From Trichoplax adhaerens (Eukaryota > Animalia > Placozoa): 64,000 nucleotides of DNA. The stretch spans positions 11,036,878-11,100,877 of the forward strand of contig NW_002060943.1 in assembly GCF_000150275.1 (NCBI RefSeq). The letters run 5' to 3'. Position 1 is the first letter of the stretch, and each line of letters starts with the position of its first letter. Shown piece after piece: positions 58,301 to 64,000 of this stretch. A program made the position numbers and the translations under genes. Below the pieces are notes generated by a model. That model made no database searches. It was not told the DNA's origin and saw only the letters and a list, made by a program, of their open reading frames with translations.

Positions 58301-61300
58301 TATAGACCAAACATAAATATGTCGGGCTAACCTCTCATTAGGATTCTTAGATACCCTATCGGGAACGCTTTTAGACGATCTTTTAATACTAAGAACCTTT
58401 TAGTAAACATAAAAAAGTCCACCCAAAGTATCAGAATATAATTTAAACAATATATATCGTTAGAAATGCTTGCCAACCGTCAAATTAAACTTTCTGTTAT
58501 TTTCAAATGCTTTTAGAATCATAGATGCACGATTATCACATTCTCGCTGATAATTGATCAAATTAAAGAAATGTTCAGCAACGCTAACCAAACTCTAATT
58601 TTAATACAAATTGCTATTAGAATTCTATGTAAAAACCTGAATTGCCTGAATAATTGGTATCATGTTACCAAGACCTAAACGACATAAGAATTGAATAAAC
58701 ATCAATACAATAAACTACGCGTATAGCATATATTAGTATCTTCATTGTCAAATTAAGAATTGGTATGTACACAGTAATACCATAATATGTTTCCACAAGA
58801 GGCTGGTATTTCTCAATTATTTTCGCAATCAATTCGTATAGTTTCATTAGCATATCGGCATATATCATCTTTTCTCGTTGATCTAGAAAATAGTTTTGGC
58901 ATCATTTAGTCGTTATAGACTTTCTTTATTGAGTACTGAAAGGAATCAAAGAGCATACCATTCGTAACAGTAGAAGCCAGACCTTCTATATGTTGTTTAT
59001 AGTTATCTGATATCTAAACATAAATAGCACAGCAGACATAAATCTGACTACCACAAATACTTCTACGTTTCACCGAGATATGACTTAGATAGATTACATA
59101 TTAATATCTTCAATTAACTACCTGCGATTTCAAATACTGGGATATCTTTCTCTTTCCCTTCTCTTTCATACCCAATAACGGAAAAATTTTAAGAAACCTG
59201 TATCAAATATGCACACATTCAAATTTAAGCAAATAATATATGAATTTCTTTTCATTAATACAGAAGCAATTTAGTTTACCTTTCCACTTCCACGGTGTTG
59301 TTAGAAGAGACCGCGGTATCGAATTTCTCATTGACAATACCTTTTAAATGCTCTTCCGCTTCACGAAGGAGATGAAATGCACCACCAACACTGCCCTCTG
59401 CATTATTATGATGTATCAAGATTATAGGATACAGAATTTATAGAACTCTTCTTCAATTCAGGCATTAATAAAACGACATTTAATCGTATACCTTCAGCAC
59501 TGTCAACGGTTGTAGCTTTGACAAGATTCTCATCGAGACTCAGATATCGGTTAATATGGGCAGCAGCCTTATAGAGTTTAAAGTTTAATTACAAATATCT
59601 TTCTATTTCACTTAAATTTTATTCCGTTGTACGTGTACATTAGAATTGACAACATAAGAAATAGGCAACTTTTACTAAACCTGCTCATAGTCTTCTATCT
59701 TTAGTGCATTCTGTACGCCATCAACACAGTTCTAGTTAAATTACATAAATGTTTACTTTAAATATTTATCTCAATACATTCAATAGTAGTTAATCGACGA
59801 TTTATATAGTTAAGCTGTGTGCCATAGTTAATTCGCATCATGCACATTATAGCGTTGATAGCAAAATCTGATAATAATAAATTTTACGATTAAACATACC
59901 TTTAAATCTAAAACGTCATCGACTCTTTTCATGGCCGAGTTTACACGATTCTGCAAAGAAATATAGCATACATTATGCTGAATTCCTTTTTCTGACTTAA
60001 TCGCTATTTTAAGCATTTCACTTTACTCGTATATAGCCATTTATAGGATTTTAAATGTATATTTGTAAAATTGTTGCAATACCCAAGTACTCTATTTTTG
60101 AAATTTATACAAATTGTACCAGATAGCATTGTAATGTACGTAGTATTTAACTCTTAGTCATACTTCACATTATATTGTCTTAGAATAAGTACGTACTTAT
60201 ATAACAACACTGTACGTAATAAACTCACTAGAAATTGACCGGTAAATAATTCAGAAATTAAAATATACATACGCGTATATACTGGCCGGTAAGCCCGATC
60301 ATAAAATTACTCTTACTTTAACATTTTCTTAATTTTTTATGTAATTCTTCTGTTTGATGAAAAATAAAACAAACCTTAGCTAAGTCCAATTTTCGCACTT
60401 TACTACTAACATTTTCAGCCAAGTCACAAGTATGCTTAATCAAACCATCCAATTTTACCGTATCCTTAATCAAGTAGTCAACCTTAGGCCTATAATATAT
60501 TAAAATTAACAGTAAGGCCTCAGAGATCATTTGTACGTGCTCTTTACAATACCTTAGCTATGCTATATAACTATCGCCATGTAAGCTTTACGCCACTAGT
60601 AACTGAAAGAATAATTTATATATAATTTTATGATCAAACTGACACAACATCTTGTAGCAATGTCAGCTTTCGTGAAACTTCTGCTTGACTTTCCAGGCAA
60701 CTGTCCAACTGTTGGTTGAGTTGTTGCTATTTCATTTGACATAGCATTAGAAAGATTGATAGATCAGTAAGAATACGATCCATTGATATAAGAGAGCAAT
60801 CGAGCATCATTTCAATTAATTCAGTTCACCATTATTGAAATAGAAAATAGTAATGACTGTACTACTAAGTATCAAAATTAGTATATCAAGTTAATAATTA
60901 TCATAACAGTTATATTTCTTATATAATTGAGATTAATTTTACTTCATTTTAGCATCCGCTTACGACATCATTAAAGCATACTCGTGCTGTACAAGCCAAG
61001 GTATATGAACTATAGTATAGAACGAGTGCTAAAATGGATTTTTAATTCATACGTATCCACAATAAATTCTTTTACCAAATAAATACTAATTCCATGCAAT
61101 ATAGGCTTTAGTAACAATTGATATTTTCTTCAGCAATATATACGTATCTACTTATTCTACAATATTTCTTTATAAAATGATGTAACATCGTGTGGAATGA
61201 ATTAAGTTAGCTATTGGTATAATGTTACGCTGTTATGGCAGATATCCTCATCTTACTGTAAAAACAGTATGCGTTTTTGATATGAATGAATAATACTACT

Positions 61301-62202
61301 TCTGTATAGAGCTGTAACACTAATATTAAAATGATATTGTATCATTTCTCCTGGCGACATGACTGCAACGCTTATTTATCAACTCCATCACCGTATGAGT
61401 GTGTTCTTCATGTCGTAAAAATATTCTAACATACTCTATCAGTTGGTCTATAATTCAATCTAAAGCATCTCTATAGAAAGTGCAGTGCCATTTATAGTAC
61501 TGTAGTAGGAAAATTATCATATCATTTCATGATTTGTATTGCAACATTTCGGTATTTATTTTATAGAACCTTAAATTATACCGTCACGAAAAAATGAAAT
61601 ACTATACAGTCTTGATATCAGTCGATAACTGTATTAAATATGCTCAAGTAATTGTCACGTCATCACCATTTTCCAAGGTATAGTCGTATTGATAAAATAA
61701 GGTTAATGAACAGACGACAAACCGATTATATACATATACGTATACAGTATATGACATATCTATTACTATAGCCATTCATATGACATAATAATCATAACAA
61801 ATTTAAAGCAGTAAATACCCATCGGACTGTACATTTATAAGAATTGATGTAGTACTATTCTTTAATACTAAACTGTAAAATGCATGTCCACTGCAGAGCT
61901 CTCTTCGGATACATTAAGACTGGAATAACTACGATGTACAGTATGTGCATAATACATTGAGAAGCATAAACCCATTCTCATCACAAGAATTTATACATAT
62001 ACGATGGCAACTACGGTACAGCCATTTTTAACTAGTACTTAAAGACATGATTACAAATGTGTATATTCTAGTGTTCTACTCTATTGAGAGTATTTCATAC
62101 ATAAAGTTCTTCTTATGCAATTTCATCTACCTCTTTTAGCTCCAGTTCATTGACAGCTCTTTGAATATCTTCTACAGCTGTTAAAAGATCCACAGAAGAC
62201 AT
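55333..62202 (-). CDS. COG4: Conserved oligomeric Golgi complex subunit 4, multi-exon
   Basis: Exon 1 at 62131-62202 ([24 protein letters not shown]), then [16 protein letters not shown]|[17 protein letters not shown]|[17 protein letters not shown]|[34 protein letters not shown]|[65 protein letters not shown] (TAA 55335-55333). These are diagnostic COG4 motifs recalled from the human protein. Confidence 0.96.
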
Positions 62203-62267
62203 GTTGTCCTCCACCGAACTCAATATAGTAAGCTACAGTAGTAGTTTAGTTGGACTGTCCAACCATA

Positions 62268-62364
62268 GTACAGTACTAAATGAAGTCTACAGTACCATAC
62301 TAACTGTACCGTACTGTACTGTAGCAGATCCGGTGTACTGTACTGTAGGTGTACAGTACAGTAG
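62268..62364. promoter_or_regulatory. (TACTG/CAGTA)n pentamer cluster in the COG4 upstream region, including a perfect 12-bp inverted repeat
   Basis: gtacagtac, ctacagtac, actgtaccgtactgtactgtag and TACTGTACTGTA-ggtg-TACAGTACAGTA (62336-62363), about 70-160 bp upstream of the COG4 ATG. Confidence 0.55.
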
Positions 62365-62379
62365 TCCTACCACGGTCTT

Positions 62380-62864
62380 CACCGTCAGCAGTGTGTAACA
62401 GCAGGTAATCAGGTTATGATGACATCATTTTTGCCAGAGTGTCAAACTTTACTCAATACGGGCAATAATGATTTATAGTGTTTAATCATACAGGAGGCAG
62501 TGCTATCGTAAGCAAAACTAATGTCACTAGTGTCGTATTTTGATCGCACCTAACTTGAATCGCACTGTAACCTGCTTTGCAAGCCCCAACCCCCCCCACC
62601 ACTATCAAGTTCAAACTACTGTCGTCATCATCGTATTTTCTGGTAGTAAATACTGTCCAAATAGAAATTCTCATGTTAGGAAATCCAATGATTGTAAAAT
62701 TGAACTGCAGTAGTTCCAGCTCAATGCATCGTTGGAATTTGGATGCATTTGAACTGGAACTACATGACAGTTTACTACAGTTCGTGACTTGGAAGAGAAA
62801 AACTCTTTTTAGAGAAGTTTTTCTCTTAGAAGTCCCCGCGCCCTGACCATTGACGGAATCGACG
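62380..62864 (+). other. Candidate spliced 5' leader of a plus-strand transcript divergent from COG4 (coding part not identified in the window)
   Basis: Donor CAG|gtaatc (62404/5), acceptor atcatacag|G (62493/4) and donor ACG|gtatga (62864/5). No ATG-initiated frame stays open through the 62864 donor. Confidence 0.35.
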
Positions 62865-62873
62865 GTATGAATA

Positions 62874-63032
62874 TTACAGTACAGTACTGTACGTAAATTG
62901 AAATTCTTTTCTTTTTCTTCTTGTTGTAAAATTGTCAATACGATAGTCAGTAGTGCAGTGTACAGTACAGTACAACCGTCCACTGTCTGTACTGTAGGGG
63001 ACTGTACACTGTACAGTACTGTACTGTACGTG
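62874..63032. repeat. (TACTG/CAGTA)n pentamer cluster
   Basis: ttacagtacagtactgtacg; gtgtacagtacagtacaa; tgtactgtag; actgtacactgtacagtactgtactgtacg. Confidence 0.7.
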
Positions 63033-64000
63033 TCAACGTCTGCCGCCCTACTAATACAGTAGGGAGAAACGGGGCTGTAACGGTACCAAGGCAGAACGAT
63101 TCTCCATTCTTCGTCTTTACTGTTTTAGTATCAACGTGACGTTCCAAGTGATATAGTAACAAGTGTATGTGAGTCACTAGCGACAGTATTCTATTGTATG
63201 TTTGCTAATATTGCTTGGGTCAATTCGGCCAATATCGTCATTGCCAACGCCATTTTTAAGGAGGATTATCCATTTCAGTTTTTACTCCAATCGAAAGAGC
63301 ACAACTTCTTGATACAGAATAAGAACAATATCTACTTTTGATGACAACGCACTCATTTTAGTGTAGGTGTAGTGTTGTACCAATTTATTGGATGATACTG
63401 TACACAGTGGACAGTAGACAGTAGACTATACCGCAAGTAGAAGAAGGAATTCGGGCTGCCTGTATGGAGTTATTGATTCAGAATTTATTATAATACTAAG
63501 TTGGAACAACGCAGTGAGTGACGGTAATCTCGACTTGAAGACAGAATGCCTCGAGCCACGACAGCAAACGAATCTACTTTAGTAGAAATTAAAAGTAAAG
63601 TAGGTCCAGCCTATTGATAATGATAAGTCATTCCAAGCTCATTAACTCACCAGCCTTGATGATGCGAAATATTATGTCAACTGATTTCTCTACTTGAGTA
63701 CAAGGATGAACGATTAGCTTTCTCTTATTGTTAATGGTGAACTTTATTCTAGACCAATTATGTGCTACTGGTAGTAAAATTGCATCAATTATATATTCTA
63801 AATTTGTACCGTTATTTAATGTAGTGAAGTACTAGTCAATTCAGTGCTGAATATCAAAAGCGTCGTGTATGTAAAAAAAGTCGATACTGTTGAAACTTTC
63901 AAACCATTATACTGTACGATTCGTAAAGTAATTATTACGCAGCCTGCCTAATCATTAAAACGCAATAGAGTATATAAAGTACTACTCTACCTTCCAAGTT

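Noticed and set aside
61618-61668. Minus-strand GTGATGA...CTGA in COG4 intron 1 as a C/D snoRNA
   Set aside because: The boxes are only about 50 nt apart, there is no terminal stem, and the apparent rRNA complementarity is short and mismatched next to box D.
62841-62853. CCC-TGA-C as an antizyme-like +1 frameshift site
   Set aside because: The +1 frame reads GAC CAT TGA and stops after two codons, and there is no antizyme-like sequence.
62486-63177. Minus-strand ORFs of 165 aa and 76 aa
   Set aside because: Rich in TVLYC/TVQYC words produced by the pentamer repeat, with no recognisable domain; they overlap promoter-like DNA.

Overview
AT-rich, intron-dense eukaryotic DNA with short GT-AG introns (mostly about 60-300 bp). 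The gene content (ADAMTS, adhesion GPCR, LRRCC1) is animal, and the style fits a compact early-branching metazoan such as a placozoan (Trichoplax-like); that assignment is inference. I assembled six multi-exon genes by hand. (1) Minus strand, 3' end outside the window: a protein with an N-terminal FBXL4/pappalysin-type jelly-roll domain fused to at least 13 ankyrin repeats. (2) LRRCC1, +. (3) An ADAMTS-type metalloprotease, +, with a Gly-to-Asp zinc motif and no identifiable signal exon. (4) NSUN2, +. (5) An adhesion GPCR, + (signal peptide-Ig-SEA-like-Ig-Ig-HormR-GAIN/GPS-7TM-PDZ motif), whose signal peptide is split by a 6.2-kb intron. (6) COG4, minus strand. A spliced, apparently non-coding 5' region diverges from COG4 at the right end. 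The most striking non-coding pattern is a (TACTG/CAGTA)n pentamer clustered upstream of genes, together with candidate RFX X-boxes. I found no supportable rRNA, tRNA, CRISPR array or transposase. Most ORF-track entries are exon-plus-intron read-throughs or antisense noise.
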